Notes: generated by a model from the sequence alone, not told the origin. 64,000 nt of DNA from Takakia lepidozioides (GCA_030704615.1 CM060732.1:63488001-63552000); one strand, 5' to 3'. Counted from the first letter of the stretch, positions 24,400 to 37,235 are shown. Translations and numbers: made by a program.

Positions 24400-27300
24400 C
24401 TGAGAACCGAAAAAATCCACAAAACCATCTAGGTCTTTAGCTCTGTTGACCAGCAGAGGCAGCCGAGATCAGAAGCATAAATGCCATGATCATAGCCCTA
24501 GACAGCAAAACCAAGGGGACAAAATGCTTTGGAAGGAAAACTTACAGCCTGCACCAGAGGGCCTCATCAGATGCAATGCTTCGTAGGAACCGGCACACAC
24601 TTGAACATGTAGAAAGATCTTGCACAAAGATGCAATCCCAACCAGGTCACACAACCTCCAAAATATGAAAAGTTCATTACTTTTACAGCGGAAAGCCAGA
24701 CTTTCAGCACTGCCCTGACGCCCAAGACAACAGGGCCTCGGGTCGCAACATGACTGGTGATTAAAATCATGACAGACATTCACCTTTTTGGCTCGGTTGT
24801 CCCACCATTGACTGGGGTCAGAAAAGTATTCATTCCACAACTTCTCCTCATCTCTGTTACCTCTTTTTGGATACTTTCATGTTGTCACATTGGCAGTATC
24901 ATATCAAAGTCATTCCCAACTATCCCATGTTCACTCAACCAGCTAACTTGCAGAATTCAACATGAAAATTTAGGGCCGATTCTGATAAGAGGGGAAAACA
25001 GGGTGAAATGTGTTGAAGAAGGTGCCGTCATTAACAGACCATCTTCTCATTAGCAAATGTCTTGTAGCTGTTGATCCAGAGGGAATCAGAAGTAATCTTG
25101 TGTTTGAAATCCGGCCTTCTTGGATGAATCTGGACCTCTATCCCTGGTCCTTCAGCTATCCCTGCCTGTGTACAAATCATGAATACTTGATGTAAGCAGC
25201 TGACACTGACGGCGTGAAGTTCTTCCAGCAAACACCCCAACCCTAATTATTACAGTAGTTCCAATTCTGAATTGCATCTGCTTCTCTCTAGTATAGTCCA
25301 ACATGCATTCACCTTTTGGTCTCCATTGTCCCGCCATTGACTGGGGTCGGAAAAGTGTTCATTCCAAAGCTTCTCCTCATCTCTGTTACTTATTTTTGGA
25401 TACTTTCCTGCTGCTACATTGGCAGCAACTTGTCAAAGTCACTCTAAACCACCACAGATCCGCCCAACAAGCTAACTTACAGGATTCAATATGCATCTCA
25501 GGGCCGAGTCTGATGAGAGGGCAAAACAAGCTGAAATAGGTTGGTGCCCTCACCACATTGTTCTTGACCTTGTGTCATGACCCATGGAGGATTTGGCCGA
25601 CCATCAACCCAAAAAGACCTCTTGTGTGTGCTGCTTGTGTCCGTAGTCAGGTTATGTCGGATTGGTCTGTGAGAACCGCCACGGTGCAGCTGAGCAGGCA
25701 GAGATTGAAACACGGCATGCTAAGACCAAACTGACTCTCCCAAGAACCTTGTAAACATCAGGAAGAATACCAAATCATGGTACTAACAGGAGCCAAGAGC
25801 CCACATTTGCAGGATGGACAAACTTCTTCATATCGTACATTAAGAAAAAGCCAGACCTTGCGATTGCGGTTGTCCCACCATCATGAAGGATCTTTAAAAA
25901 ACTCATGTCAACTCTGCTCCATGCTCCAAGGTAGAGGTTTGTGCTCGAAAATCCGACAGCATGAACACTTTGACAAGGTCCTTTACTGAGGGATGCTAGT
26001 GAGTTTTCAACAACATTCATGCAACTTGTTTTGGGCTCCATTGGGCTCTAGACGATGAGGAACAACGAACATTTCCAGACTTACACAGATGCTAACCCAG
26101 CTTATGTTTGCAGTCTGGAGATTGTAGAGTAGTCTCTGAAAACGACTAGGGAGGATGGCGCTGAGCAGCCAGAGTCTTTTACCATAATAAGGTCGTTGCG
26201 GTAGGTCCCGATGAGCGGCTTCACCGCCAGACCAGGGCGGCTCTCGGCCCTATGTCCCAGACACCGTGTCTGTAGTCAGGTGATGTCAGATTGGTATGTG
26301 AGATCGAACCACCACGGTGCAGCTGAGCAGGCAGAGATTGAAACACGGCCTGCTAAGACCAAGCTGACTCTCCCAAGAACGGCGAGCTTCTCCTCGTCTC
26401 GTCTCTCTCCCAAAAACGGCGAGCTCGCAAGAATATTGGGAGCTTCTCCTCCTCGATGAGATGACGAGAGATGTCGGATGATGTCGGAGTTGTCTCGTCT
26501 CCTCCTCTTCTTCTCCTTCATTTGCTCAAGAGTGGGTAGGTCTGCAAAGCCTCCATCCCACGCTCCAGCATCATCACGTTCCATGATACAACATCTCTCG
26601 CAGGCGCAGAAGAAAAAAAAAAGCCCAAGTCCCAGGCCTTTGTTCAGGGAACCCTATAAGCAACTTTTTTATTTTTTTAAACCTTTTGCAAACCCTATAA
26701 GCAACTTTTTGAAAAAAAATTAACTTTTTGCACTTTGATTAATTCTAGTGGTCATAGGCTAAAATCCTACTACCATCATCATCCCTTCTATTGTTGCATC
26801 TGCCAAAACTCTCAGCCCGGACTTAAGCGAATTTGCTCATGAAGTTCGATATACCTAATCTTAAACCGTTAGATCTTATACAATCTATCGATTCAAAATA
26901 ATTTCCATGTACAACCATGACCATTGCGTATCTTAATCTCATATATTTTGTGATGCTTGTTAAGCCACGTCCATCCAGGTCCAATTTATTGAACAGATAT
27001 AAAATCCCCACACATATTCAAAGCTGATAGGAATTTGTGGTAAACATGGATGGATGAGCTCATCCAATGGATGGATCCATTCATGTATATGCCTTCAAAA
27101 TGACACGTGTAGTAATAGAATCATATAAATGCCTTTAAAATGACACGTGTAGTGATGTAGTCATATATATAGGGTTATGAAACAACCTGCACTTAGGCAG
27201 TCATAAGTTTACATGCCATGTCATGTTGTGGATGAACTCATCCAATGGATGAATACATTCGTGTATGTGGCTTCAAAATGACACGTGTATTGTTGTAGTC

Positions 27301-27779
27301 ATATAATTAGAGCTGTGAAACCATCTTCAGTCATGGAGTCATAAGATTCCATGAAACGTCGTCCACGTGTAGTCAAACATATCACACTAGTCATATAAAC
27401 CATCCCTGTCACGTGGTCAACAATGTTTGACCAATGCTCCCTAACTTTCCAGAGTCATGTAGTGATATCCATTACTACAGAGTGATAAAACTATGATTGC
27501 AACGCATTTCAGCGGTCTGTAGTCATATACCTAGTGCAGTTTTTATGACTCCGCCAAAGCCGTAGTCCTAAAAACGCTCATCTCTTGTAGTGGTACTTCA
27601 TCTTCTGCGGAGATAGTGGGAGGTGTAGTGCCGGAGGGATCCTCGGATTTGAGGGTCAAGACTGCCACGGCGGCGCCATGGCAAGCTGTAGCTGCCAGGT
27701 TGATGGAGTTACCAGCTAGGCCAGCCATTGAGCGCGCCATGGTTATACCTAGAGTTGTCATGTTAGACAACCAGGATGA

Positions 27780-28200
27780 CATTTTTCTGTTTGAGTGGAC
27801 CGGCAAGCAAGAGGTACCGGCCACTGCGGGTCTTGTAGGACTCGGGAGCTCAGCCATTGATGCTGGGCAGAGCTACTATTGCAGGCTTGGGCCTCACGGA
27901 GGCGGATATGGAGCCTTGTTCTTTCCAGATACAGACGTCTCTGGGAAGATCGGAGCAGGCTCGGGGCATGACACGGCGTGAGTTGGCTATCAGACTACGG
28001 CCGGATCATCCTACAGATAGCTCAGTGATGCGAGCCAAGGCCATTGTGACAGACGCGGTCTCATATGATGTCCTGGTTGGTGGGGCAGTGTTGTACCCCA
28101 TGGGCTTCACCCTGGATTTTTGGGAGGAGTCAGCTTCCTATAGGCCTGCATGGCTGTCAGGGGAGGGCCGACGTGTGCAGCTCCCTGTGACGTTCATAGG
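27780..28200 (+). pseudogene. Retropepsin-like aspartic protease, copy 1 (disrupted)
   Basis: LRVL*DSGAQPLMLG...YDVLVGGAVL. Copy 2 has the intact LLDSGA. Confidence 0.85.
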
Positions 28201-28539
28201 AGGAGTTGCGGTTGCCCAGCGAGGCAAGATGCCGACACTAGCAGTATTCACAGCGGTAGTGAGTTGGCCTGGAGAGTTGCTTGAGGGCAACGCTCATTCG
28301 GAGGATATGCCACCTCCGGTAGAGCAGGATGATATGTATGGTATGGCGGAGTTGCCTACCATGGTTGCTCAGACTCCATTGTGGGGCACGAGCAAGGATT
28401 TGGAGTGGGATGCTGATCGACGGGTGCAACAAGCCTGGGTGGAGGCTTTTGTACCGTCAGGAGAAGAGGAGAGTGCGGGGATTGCACCAGGACCACCTCA
28501 GTTGTCTCCATTAGACACCACACCTATTATGTGGTAGTA

Positions 28540-29007
28540 TCCGGATGAAGGCATAAGTCTTCTGGACTTGTTTGGCGGGATCAGCACCGGATTGGCTGTT
28601 GTGTTACAGGAAGATGTATGAGTTCGGCGTTACCTGTATGTGGAGAGGGATGAGACTGCACGACGCGTTTCACTTCGCCATGTTGCTGAGTTGGTGCAGC
28701 GGTACCCTGAGTTGTTGTCGGTGTCTGGCGTTCGTGGATATCAGCAGGCCTTGCCAGCAGACATCTCTTTGCTGGGGGCGCAGGATTTGGAGCGGGTTGG
28801 CTTCATTGATTTGGTAGTGGCAGGTTGGCCCTGCCAAGGGTATTCATCAGCCGGGCATGGCAATGGATTGCGAGACTCGAGGTCGGGTCTGTTTTGGGAA
28901 ATGATGCGGGTTTTGCGCCACTTGTAGCTTTATCAGGCTGTATCTCCAGCATACATCTTGGAGAATGTGCCACTGATGGGCGATTCTCGGGCCAGGGTGA
29001 TGGCCAG
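28540..29007 (+). pseudogene. DNMT3-like C5 DNA methyltransferase, N-terminal half (motifs I-VI), copy 1
   Basis: LLDLFGGISTG (I), YLYVERD (II), PADISLL (III), DLVVAGWPCQGYS (IV, catalytic PC), ILENV (VI). Premature TAG stops; cut by the inversion breakpoint at 29007. Confidence 0.9.
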
Positions 29008-29510
29008 ACAGGCCACAGGGCACAGCCTGTCACAGCCCGCCACAGCCCATCACAGCCCATCACAACCTGTCACAGCTCGCCACAGCTTGTCACAGCCCGT
29101 CACAGCCCCTCATAGCCCGTCACGGCCCCACAGGCCACAGGGCACAGCCTGCCATAGCCCGCCACAGCCCGTCACAGCCCCACAGGCCACTGGGCACAGC
29201 CTGTTACAGCCCCTCACAGCCCATCACAACTCGCCACAGCCCCACAGGCCACAAGGCACAGCCTGTCACAACCCCTCATAGCTCGTCACAGCCCCACATG
29301 CCACAGGACACAACCTGTCACAGCCCCTCACAGCCCGTCACAGCCCGCCACAGCCTGTCGCAGCCCCTCACAGCCCGTCACAACCCCACAGGCCACATGG
29401 CACAACCTGTCACAGCCCCTCATAGCCCCACAGGCCACAAGGCATAGCCTGTCACAGCCACCATAGCCAATCACAGCCTGTCACAGCCCGTCACAGCCCC
29501 ACAGGCCACT
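29008..29510. repeat. TCACAGCC minisatellite of element leader, copy 1
   Basis: Dense CACAGCCC/GTCACAGCC/CAGGCCAC units. Confidence 0.95.
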
Positions 29511-29999
29511 CATGACAGTTTAGCCATTTCTCCAAGGGGTTTAACCACGCCAAGCTAGGGTTTGTGTCTCTTGGACTCTCGCTTCTTTGCACCGAGCTAT
29601 GGCGGCTGTGAAGAAATCAGCAAGGTATTCTTGCTCTTTCGGCTCCCACACACCACCAATAATAGCCCTAAGCCATGAGGAAGATGGTTGCCACAAACCA
29701 AGCCTTCTTTCTCACTTGGACTCCCCAAACATGCCACTAAACTCAATGGCAAACAACCAAGCCTTGATGGTTTCCAGCACTTGTGAGCACTCATTCAAGC
29801 GTTTCCCTTGGCCATAGCATTTGTCTTAGAGCCTATTCCAGCCCCCTACACTTGCCACTTTAAGAGCCATGCTCTATCTAGGCTTGAGGTTGAAACCCCA
29901 ACTCAGAACACACTCTACAAGTGTCGGACTGTCACATAAGAGCAGATCAGCCCCTTACTTTCTCTTCTAGTTCTCTAAAGCTTGGAAACAAAAGCCCAA

Positions 30000-30330
30000 T
30001 GGACTGAAGGCATGCTCCACACATGCCCCACTCTCACCACCAGAGAATCAGCCCCTTTGCTTTCTTTCTTGCACCCACCAACCTGAAAATACACGCTTCA
30101 GCGGGCTGGAAGCATGCTCCACACATGCCCTACAGGGAAACCAGCTGCTTTCTTCCTTTCTTGCACTCCCAAACCTGAAAGTACAAGCCTTCAACAGGCT
30201 GAAAGCATGCTCCACACATGCATTGCTCTCACATAAGGAAGTCAGCCCTTCCCTCTTCCTTGCTTGCCCTCCAAGCTTGAAGATGGAAGCTTCAATGAGT
30301 TGATAACATGCTCCACACATGCAACCTCTT
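30000..30330. repeat. Four ~100-bp degenerate repeats with core CATGCTCCACACATGC in the element leader (also 37740-38060)
   Basis: Cores at ~30011, 30113, 30206 and 30307, with matching cores in copy 2. Confidence 0.85.
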
Positions 30331-32533
30331 CACACAAGAGGTATCAGCCCCCTATCTTGGCTCCTTACCTCCTTGATGCTCTCTAAGACAAGACTAAGCA
30401 CTCCGCAGCCCTTGCCAAGCTCCTGAAACCCTAAGGCTTACATTTCCAGCCACAAGACACTCCTCTTGTGTTGCAAGAGCTCTTCTTCCAAGCTCTGAAA
30501 CCCTAGGTGCACATTCCATGGCCTTGCCGCACCTCTTAGCTCCTGTTCCAGCCCTGCTCTTGCCATGACAAGAGCCCTCTCAATGCTGAAGCTCGAGATT
30601 GAAACCCAATCTCAACATACTCCACAAAGTGCACTGATTTGCCCCAAGCCAAATCAGCCTTTTCGCTTGGTCTTGCAATCCTGCAGCATGGTGCTTTCAT
30701 CTCTGAAGCTGAAGATCGAATGCCAAGGTCTACCACCTCGTAACCCACATCGCCTCCGCTTTTAACAACCAATAGCTCCACGGTGCTCCTTGCATAATAA
30801 CCTGGTTTCTCTCATTCTCAAGCAAAAACCACAAGTGCTACAACTAACTCGTATCTAGCACTCACAGATACGAGCTCATCTTTCTCGAGTGATAAAGAAG
30901 AAGAATACAAGCACAAGCTTATGCGAGCTCACAGCTGAAGCATAAACTCATGCATATATAACCTCATCACTCAAATACAAGTCAAGCCAAGTGCACCCCA
31001 CGCCATGGGGAATCCACACTACGGCGCCATAGCTAGAGGCGGTGAGGCTCAACTTGAGAAAGATGAGCCTCCCGCGCTTGCCGTGAAGATAACCACTCCA
31101 GGGCCTAAAGCTGCCTTGACCCCTGGATTGACACTTGGGCCAATACCAAATGTCAATATGTAAAAGCTAGCTATTTCATAGCTAGTTTCACACTAGTGGT
31201 AAAATAACTTGACACAGTAACAGTCCACAATGATGGTGTTCAAAAATCCATAGCGGAGACATTTCTTATCGGATTCATGATTGGAGAGTTGCTATGGGTG
31301 CGTATTGAAACTAGGAATCCAATGACATATATAGTTGTTGGTTTAAATGAGTTAATTCAATTTCAATTGATGACACCATCAATTGCAGTCATCTAAAACT
31401 GTGCTGGTAACGTCCATTTTGGTCCAGTCAACCCTGCATTCACCTAGATTTGAAGATGGTTGCACAACGGACAGCTGATAATGCATGCACTTCTAGGGAT
31501 TTTTTTTTGCTCTTTTGGATGATGTTTTCTTTTCCTACCCACCACAATCAATGTTTTTCTTTGGTGATCCCTTTTTGCCCCTGCATTGTTTTCTCCCACT
31601 TGTAGTTTCACATTTCCAAACCCCCTTCCCCCCGGGTCTTTTTTTTCTATATATTGATCCCATTTTGTCCGATCCCCCAAGTATCAGCTCTCGTTTAGGT
31701 CGATCCCCCAGGTGTCACCTCTATGTTGTTTGATCTCCCACGTGTCAATTCCCTTGATGTCCGATCCCCCAACATTTGTTCCCCCCTAATTTGCGAACCC
31801 CACGTGTGACCAGTTTCTCATCATCCTCCTCCACCTGGCCCTCCCGCTTGCCCGCGTACCCTCAGGTTCCTCGGCCACCCCCCCCCCCCAACCCGCTCGT
31901 CCGCCCCACCCTCGATTCTCCCCGATCCCCCACCATCAACGCCCCCTCCCTTCAACGGCACGATCCCCGCGCACCTCGCTATCTCGCCCCGCCCCATCAA
32001 TCCCCCCTCACTTGCATCCCTGATCCCACAACCCGTCCCCTCCGCCATGTGGCAGGGCCCCGCTGTCGATCCCCCCCCCCCGCCATCGAGGCCCCCTCAC
32101 TTGCACGGAGGCGATCCCACGCCCGACCCCCCGCCATCAGTCCCCCCTCCGTGCCCCCCTAACCACGGCTGTCGATGCCCCATCCGTAAACGGCACATCC
32201 CCCGGCAGCTGCTACTCTACTGCAGACCGTTTAGGCATGGCAGCTGCTATGACGACTTTAGTAGTACATGAAGTAAAGTGTCTTTCATGCAGTCCAGATT
32301 TGGGTGGGATCTTGGATGCAGATTTGCCGCCAGGCCAGATTGATGGCTCAATTAGGTATCAGATACGTGTACATGAATGGGGGCTTATTTGCGATTGTGA
32401 TCCTGCGATTCCAGCCCCTCTTTGCTTTCATTTTCATGCACTAAATTGTATCTTTCTTTGGTGTCAGCATTCTGATTATTTGGGGAGGGGTACTAGTATG
32501 TCATGTGTTTTTATGTGTTTAGGGCTTTGGTGG

Positions 32534-33165
32534 CTATCCACTGTGAGATGTGCTGGCCGCTGCACCCCATCAAATGCACGCTTGGAGCAATGCGGGTGGC
32601 ATCAAGTTAGTCCACCATAGCCGTGGACGATGAGCCCGTGACCCCACTGTAGCTGCATCTAGCAACACTGCTGACCCAAGCCATGACCGGACTTGATGCA
32701 CACTGGCCATCACCCTGGCCCGAGAATCGCCCATTAGTGGCACATTCTCCCAGATGAATGCTGGAGATACAGCTTGATGAAGCTGCAAGTGGCGCAAAAC
32801 CCGCACCATCTCCCAAAACAGACCCGACCTCGAGTCTCGCAATCCATTGCCATGCCCGGCTGATGAATGCCCTTGGCAGGGCCAACCTGCCACTACCAGA
32901 TCAATGGAGCCAACCCACTCCCAAATCCCGCGCCCCCAGCAACGAATGCTGTTGGCAAGGCCTGCTGATATCCACGAATTGCAGACACCGACAACAACTC
33001 AGGGTACCGCTGCACCAACTGAGCAACATGGCGAAGTGAAATGCATCGTGCAGTCTCATCCCTCTCCACATACAGGTAACGCCAAACTCGTACACCTGCC
33101 TGTAACACAGCAGCCAATCCAGTGCTGATCCCACCAAACAAGTCCAGAAGACAAATGCCTGTATC
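32534..33165 (-). pseudogene. DNMT3-like C5 DNA methyltransferase motifs I-VIII, copy 2
   Basis: ICLLDLFGGISTG, YLYVERD, AGWPCQGHS, IWENV and AHRPRLWWTN; frameshifted near 32900-32950. Confidence 0.9.
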
Positions 33166-33499
33166 CGGATACTGCCACACAATAGGTGTGGTGTCCAATG
33201 GAGACAACTGAGGTGGTCTTGGTGCAATCCCCGCACTCTCCTCCTCTCCTGACGGTACAAAAGCCTCCACCCAGGCTTGTTGCACCCGTTGATCAGCATC
33301 CCGCTGCAAATCCTTGCTCGTGCCCCACAATGGAGTCTGAGCAACCATGGTAGGCAACTCCGCCATACCATACATGTCATCCTGCTCTCCCGGAGGTGGC
33401 ACATCCTCTGAATGAGCGTTGCCCTCAAGCAACTCTCTAGGCCAACTCACTGCCGCTGTGAATGCTGCTAGTGTCGGCATCTTGCCTCGCTGGGCAACC

Positions 33500-36093
33500 G
33501 CAACTCCTCATATGAACGTCACAGGGAGCTGCACACGCCGACCCTCCCCTGACTGCCATGCAGGCCTATAGGAAGCTGATTCCTCCCAAAAATCCAGGGT
33601 GAAGCCCATGGGATACAACACTGCCCCACCAACCAGGACATCGTATGAGACCGCGTCTGTCACAATGGCCTTGGCTCGCATCACTGAGCTATCTGTAGGG
33701 TGATCCGGCCGTAGTCTGATAGCCAATTCACACCGTGTCATGCCCCGAGCCTGCTCCGATTCTCCCAGAGACGTATGTATCTAGAAAGGACAAGGCTCCA
33801 TATCCGCCTCCGTGATGCCCAAGCCTGCAATAGCAGCTCTGCCCAGCATCAATGCCTGAGCTCCCGAGTCCAGCAAGACCCGCAGTGGCTGGTACCTCTT
33901 GCCTGCCGATCCACTCAAACAAAAAATGCCATCCTGGTTGTCTAACATGACAACTCCAGGTATCACCATGGCGCGCTCAATAGCTGGCCTAGCTGGCAGC
34001 TCCATCAACCTGGCAGCTGCAGCTTGCCATGACGCCGCCGTGGCAGTCTTGACCCTCAAATCCGAGGATCCCTCCGGCACTACATCTCCCACTATCTCCG
34101 CAGAAGATGAAGTAACCTCCTCACTCTCACAGAGTGTAGCTGCCAGCCTGAACACCTCAGCTGGTCTTACCCCCGACGTCGCAATCATGGTAGCCGAGAA
34201 CAATGGAGCCTGACACACAGATGTGGCCGCTCCTAGCAGCACACTAGCTGCCGTAGCCTTGACAACACTAGGTAGTGGTGCTACCCGTGTAGCTCTCCCC
34301 AGTGGCATAATAACCTCCGCCTCGGTAACAGTCGGGCGAGAACTAGGTGCCATGGATGGCGTCGACACTGTCTCCGCCAATGTGAATGACTGAGGAAGCC
34401 TAGCCTGACGGCTTGCCTCCCCATGCTGTGGATCCAACTCCACCTCTGCACCTCGTGGCTCAGGAACTCGTGCTGCTCCTCGAATCACGGCTGCAGCAGA
34501 CTCCACCTGCACTAGTGGTAGTGCTGCTCCACACATGAATCCCATGCCTCCCATATCTCCTCCCTCAGGAGCAGGAGGTGGACCATCCGGCCTTAGAGCC
34601 GGTACAACCTCAGCTGTAGTCATGGCAGCGAGCCTCTGCTCTAGCTGCTGAAGCCGGTTGGCCATGCCTTGGTCAACACTCTGACCTCCGCGTCCTTGGC
34701 CATGTTGAGCTTGCCCTTGGCCTGCACCTCGTGGCTGGCCACCTCATCCTCTCCGGGCTGCTCCACCTCGCCCCCGGCCACCATTGTTCCCTTGGAACTG
34801 GCCTGGGCGCAACTCAGGATGCAAACCATAACACTGGGCCTCTCCATGCCCGTGCTTGCCACAATGCCCACACTGCAACTGTGCAGGCTGTGCATGTGCC
34901 GGCCCTTTGCCTCCCTCTGGGCAATCCTTCTGGACATGGGGTCCTCCACATGTCCAGCACACCACATCTGCCCGTTGTTGGCCAGCAAATGAAAGGAGAA
35001 ACCCCTGCATCTGAGGTCCTCTCTGCCTTCCCTGAGCTTCATCTGAGCCCCCTTGTTGCCTTGAGCACATTGAGGTAGTGGTTGGCTAGGAGCACCACTA
35101 CCCCGTGGTGTCTCCTTAGCAAATCCCACCATGACCACTCGTTCCTCCACCATGTTGAGCTCTATCCGCTCTGCCAGCAAAAACACATTTGCTAAGGTGG
35201 GTTGGGCCGCTTGTAGAAGAGTTGCATCCCGCACCCTTCTCCTCAGCTCCTTGTCCAATATCCCATACCAGAATTGGACTGCCTGAGCTTCCGTAACCCC
35301 TTGGGTTACATTTATCAAGCGCCTCATGCGAGTGAAAGCCTCCCTCAAGCTCTCGGTCGGCTTCCGTTGGAACTCTTGCAAGCTCCGCAACTTCTCTGTC
35401 CTCACCCCTTGGTAGTTCCCTCTAAACTCTTCGAAGAACTCCACAATAGGGTTGAAGGCAGGCACGGGTACTAGTGCCGGTGCGGTAGTGGCTTGGGTGG
35501 ACGTCGTAGCTACTGTACCACCAGTCCCACTAGTCCCACTGCTCTCTACTCGCTGAAGCTGCCGGTGCAGCGGCAGGTGTAGCCACTGCCCTCGTGGCTC
35601 TAGTGCCCCTAGTGATCGAGACATAGTCGGGTGACCAGTGCATCCTCCACTCCTCGATCTCAACCTCATGCCCCCGCCTGAACTCATGGTAATCATCCAT
35701 AAGCGGCCCCTCAAGGTGCTGAAACAGCCCCTTCCATGCCATGAAAGGCGTAAATAGTTGTGGATTGTGCATTTGTTGCAAATCACACCAACTATCAAAC
35801 TCTTGGATAAAATCATCCAACTCGATGGTGCCCACCGCCCCAGAGTACCTTCGTGGCCCCTTGGTAGCTCCATACATCTCCTCCATTGTGTCCCACAACA
35901 ATGGCAAAGAAACAACTTGCACCGCCGGTATGAGTCCTCCTGATTCACAATCCGAATCAGAACCTTCCGTAGAAGACACAGGAGGTGAAGGTGGCCTAAA
36001 CCGCACACCTTGTCTCATGTACCCACTAGTATCGCTAGTACTCGAACCGGCACTGTCCCCAGCAACTAGTGGCACCTCCGTGTTGACACTCAA
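33500..36093 (-). pseudogene. gag and protease, copy 2 (frameshifted)
   Basis: ORF pieces 35530-36093, 34641-36008, 34744-35070 (two CCHC knuckles), 33781-34665 (LRVLLDSGAQ) and 33508-33741. Confidence 0.88.
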
Positions 36094-36389
36094 CCGGTCA
36101 TGAACATGTCCCTAACCCCCTCTCCACAAGGTAACCGGGTAGAGAACCTGTTGCGGCTTATGGTTTGGAATACTAAGTTCCTAATATAGCCTACACCTGT
36201 ACTTGCATGACCATGGGAATCATGAAGATACTCCTCAAACCGCCCTCCACGAGCTTCAAAATTCGGCCTTCAAGACCACATGCCAGTCCTTAGGCAGTCC
36301 ACCAGTGCCTCCACGAGTCAGCACATGCCGTCCACAGGTCAACACGGGCCACCACAGACCAGCACAGGCCCACACAGCTCACTGGTCAT

Positions 36390-37235
36390 AGCCGTCACAG
36401 TCCCACAGGCCACTGGGCACAGCCTGTCACAGCCCCTCGCCCGTCACAGCTTGCCACAGCTCGTCACAGCCCCACAGGCCACAGAGCACAGCCCCGCACA
36501 GCCCGTCACAGCTCGCCACAGCCTGTCACAGCCCGTCACAGCCCCACAGGCCCATTGGGCACAGCCTATCACAGCCCCGCACAGCCCCCCGCAGCCCATC
36601 ACAGCCCCACAGGCCACTGGGCACAGCCTGTCACAGCCCCAAAGGCTTCAGGCACGGCCTGTCACAGCCCCTCACAGCCCATCACAGCCCCAAAGACCAC
36701 GGGCACAGCCTGTCACAGTCCCTCACAGCCCATCACAGCCCCCAAAGGCCTCAGGCACGGCCTGTCACAGCCCCTCACAGCCCCAAAGGCCACGGGCACA
36801 GCCTGTCACAGTCCCTCACAGCCCATCACAACCCCAAAGGCCTCAGGCACGGCCTGTCACAGCCCCTCACAGCCCCTCACAGCCCCAAAGGCCACGGGCA
36901 CAGCCTGTCACAGCCACAGCCCCACAGGCCACTGGGCACAGCCTGTCACAACCCCTCACAGCCCGTCACAGCCCGTCACAGCCCCCAAGGCCACTGGCGC
37001 AGCCCGTCACAGGCCCTCACAGCCCGTCACAACCCCGAAGGCCACCGCACAGGCCCTCACAGGCCCTCACAGCCCCAGCACCTGACAGCCCGTCACAGCC
37101 CGTCACAGCCCCGAAGGCCACCGGCGCAGCCCGGCACAGCCCGTCACAGCCCCAAAGGCTAGGGGCGCAGCCCGTCACAGCCCCTCATAGCCCGTCACAG
37201 CCCCAGAAGGCCACCGGCACAGCCCGTCACAGCCC
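36390..37235. repeat. TCACAGCC minisatellite of element leader, copy 2 (~850 bp, with higher-order units)
   Basis: Directly visible tandem array. Confidence 0.95.

Larger units (their letters stand above)
23290..25410 (-). pseudogene. Captured fragments of an organellar ssDNA-binding (OSB-like, PDF-motif) gene: three exon-intron units
   Basis: KLWNEYFSDPSQWWDNRAKK|gt and HPRRPDFKHKITSDSLWIN / HPRGPDFKLQITYDSLW...PAWV recur at ~25310-25410, 25030-25150, 24780-24885, 23620-23725 and 23290-23460, with GT-AG introns retained. Confidence 0.8.
22293..27592. mobile_element. Non-autonomous CACTA (En/Spm) element carrying host gene fragments (Pack-CACTA)
   Basis: TIRs CACTACAACAGATGAGCGTTTTTATGACT / AGTCCTAAAAACGCTCATCTCTTGTAGTG. 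3-bp TSD TTA/GTA (one mismatch); the empty site GAGGTTACTTCATC is visible in copy 2 (~34110). Many subterminal ATGACTAC/GTAGTCAT motifs. No transposase seen. Confidence 0.93.
16312..31214 (-). mobile_element. Ty3/Gypsy-derived element encoding a DNMT3-like methyltransferase and PHD finger, copy 1 (defective; internal inversion; CACTA insertion)
   Basis: Termini are TGTCAAG (31214) and ACGACA (16312). Restored order: leader, tandem repeat, gag with 2 CCHC knuckles, aspartic protease, C5-MTase, RT/RH relic, integrase, PHD, PPT-like AGGGGGG (16526-16533). Colinear with copy 2 once ~19173-29007 is re-inverted. Confidence 0.9.

Noticed and set aside
28540-29007. Bacterial restriction-modification methylase or contamination
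   Set aside because: The motifs are DNMT3-like, embedded in a gag-protease polyprotein, and contiguous with intron-containing plant genes.
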